Shown here: in pieces, positions 61,767 through 64,000 of the stretch
Numbering within the stretch: the first letter of the stretch is position 1
Layout: the number at the start of each line of letters is the position of its first letter
Assembly (NCBI RefSeq): GCF_006345805.1
Contig: NW_021836179.1
Span: forward strand, 1 to 64,000
DNA from: Octopus sinensis
Lineage: Eukaryota
Direction of reading: 5' to 3'
DNA length: 64,000 nt
The notes under the pieces: generated by a model
What the model was told of the DNA's origin: nothing
What the model saw: the letters and a program-made list of their open reading frames with translations, nothing else
Databases searched by the model: none
Position numbers and translations under genes: made by a program

Positions 61767-64000
61767 CTATCAAACCTTGTGGGGTGCAACCAGCTGCTGT
61801 GATAAAAGAAATACCTCCAAATATGCTGCAAATCCCTTATTTTGGTTTGGAAAAGTGGGAGGACACCCCCATCTTGGAATCGTTGGAAAATTATTTTTTT
61901 CATTGAATTAATTCCTCTGACCTAATATGCTACAAAACCTTTTTTTGGGGTCGGAAAAACGGGATGGAGGGAGCTGGAAGACTTGGAATGTTCACCCCCA
62001 CTACCATTGATCTTTTTATCCACAAAGTTTTCAGTAAGGAAAAAAAATTGGATTTTTTTGCGTGGAATCAAGTACCCTGACCTCCTAATATGCTGCAAAT
62101 CCCTTATTGTAGTTAACAAAAAATTGGGGGCCTTCCCCACTTTTTCATGCAGGTGAAAAGATTAGTGGGGTTATGGGCAATATTTCTGAGGCTTCCACCT
62201 CACTCCACCCCGTTTTACGGACCCCAAAAAGAGTTTTGTAGCATATTAGGTCACAGGAATTCATTCAAGAAAAAAAACCCCACAAAAATATCCAATGATT
62301 CCGAAATGGGAAGGGGTGACCCTATCCTCTTGTTTTCCAAACCAATATAAGGGACGTGAAGCATCTTATTAGGTCAGGGTACTTGATTCCACCCCAAAAA
62401 TCCAAGTTTTGTCTTTTTTCTCTTAGTGAAAATCATGCGGTTGTTAATATTGGAATTGAATGGAAAAAGCAGGCTCTTCATCCAGCTCCCCTCTCTACCT
62501 CCCCTTATTCTCCTCACCATTCCCATCACAGCCTGCATCACCTCCTGCACCCCACCCGACTCTCACGTTGTCCAGCTTCTATTTTATAATTTTATGCATG
62601 CCTGAAACATTAATAGAAGAAAACACTTTCATTTCATTTCTTGCTATGGGTCGGGGGAGGAGGTGGGGTTTTTGTTTTTGTTTTGTATATTTTGAAAAAT
62701 TAGAATTTACATTTTTTTTTTGTTTTTTTCAGAATCGTAATCTCCTTATTTTTCTACAAATTTCACCAGAAAAATTTTGTTCTTAGTAGAAAATTTAAGA
62801 AATTGCGTTGGAGATTAAAAAATTTTTAATGCAGATTGTTTTTGCAGATTTGGAATCTCCGCACTCGATATCGTGGGTTCCTGTAAAAACAAAACCCAAA
62901 AAACATCAGAAAGAGGGTGCGGTCCATTGTCTTTCCCCACGCCGTAAACGGAACTCTTCCCCCTTTATTTCAGGGAAAAGTAAAAGAACGAAGGAAAGGG
63001 ATATGGGACTGAAATTTTGATGTTGGGATTGTTGAAAGAATCTTTTCCAGAATCGAAATTTCCATGGCCTAAAAACATGGGATTCCGGAGAAAAGAAAAA
63101 CAAAAAGGAATTTGAAAACCGGGAAGGGCTCCGCGTCGATCTTTGCTATAGTTGAGGGTCGATGGTGGAAAAAGTTTGGCGACCCCTGATAAAGACGTAG
63201 GGAACAGCACCTGCTGTGTTTCTAATCATATGTCCGTTTAATGAACAAACATACGATTATATGCATTCTAATGCTAAGATGTAATTATGTCAGAAATATT
63301 TGGCTGCTATTTTTAGCAGGTTCAGTGACCATGCGCAGACACTCTTGTTGAGACGTAATTACTATTTAGCTGGATGCGGTTTTTATCATTTACCTTGGCT
63401 GAGATGCAATTAAAGGTGTGAATTAATATAATTTTAACGTCTCTTCGTGTTATATTGGGGACTTTTAATATATGTCACCGGTGTCGTTCAACCGCGGGAA
63501 TAATTATCAACAGCTTCTACACGTGCTTCTAATTAAGACGAATCTAATTATATCAGATGTAGTAATACCTCGTGTTCAGGTGAACGTTGATCTCTATGAA
63601 TAACACGAAGCGACTTACATGATTTGTGATTTAATATTTCTCTTGATCACAGCTTTAGTTGGTTGATCCCTATTTTACAGGAAAGGGGGCAAAAAACTTT
63701 GAATCGAGGAACTTTGCTCGCCCTTCTTCATATTTCATTTGTACCTTAGATCGAAAGCACGAATTGTTTGTATGCCCCTTTGTAGCAAATATTGTGCGCA
63801 TTTCTACTATCCATGGTGGGAAAAACAAACTGGATTTCAAGAAAGGATCCTGGTCAGATCAACAAGTATTCTAATGGTAAGTGAAAAAATATATCTACAT
63901 AGCATTTGTTGTACACTTGTTAACGGAGGTGTGTGATATCTAAGACAAGAAACAGAACCATAGGAGGTTAGTCTATATCTACAGACATTTGTCAGCTTTT

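Larger units (their letters stand above)
19239..64000 (+). repeat. Head-to-tail segmental array of ZNF gene units
   Basis: CGGGAATAATTATCAACAGC recurs at 19239, 26934, 35993, 42352, 49183, 56005 and 63495 (units of about 7.7, 9.1, 6.4, 6.8, 6.8 and 7.5 kb). The array runs off the window end. Confidence 0.97.

Noticed and set aside
19239-64000. Whole array as an assembly artefact
   Set aside because: The units carry many discrete shared and private indels, insertions and different finger sets. Only the unit 4/5 pair remains doubtful.

Overview
Eukaryotic, repeat-rich DNA, most likely a coleoid cephalopod (Octopus-type). This is inferred from the SINE families, RTE LINE tails, (TA)n microsatellites and clustered effector-less C2H2 genes. 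The window holds ten polydactyl C2H2 zinc-finger loci, each with all fingers in one terminal exon behind a long non-coding leader. Left part: a frameshifted gene on - (2.2-3.8 kb), two on + (7.4, 9.8 kb) and one on - (15.9-17.1 kb), arranged head-to-head around two candidate bidirectional promoters (about 5.1 and 19.1 kb). From 19,239 to the window end there is a head-to-tail array of 6.4-9.1 kb units (six complete, a seventh started), each carrying a non-coding exon, an intron, a ZNF exon and a TE-laden flank. Flanks and leaders are nearly identical between copies, while finger number (14-20) and recognition helices differ strongly, and indel markers show the units are recombinant mosaics. 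Most notable points: (i) constant leader with variable finger array; (ii) an amber stop shared by five paralogs just before an intact in-frame last finger; (iii) a ZNF cassette that appears to lack its own promoter; (iv) an RTE LINE with an 80-bp target-site duplication and a PHD finger inside its RT; (v) a GGCGATC-ended MITE family tied to a local rearrangement. No rRNA, tRNA or CRISPR was found. Identities and coordinates come from by-eye comparison, not computed alignments.
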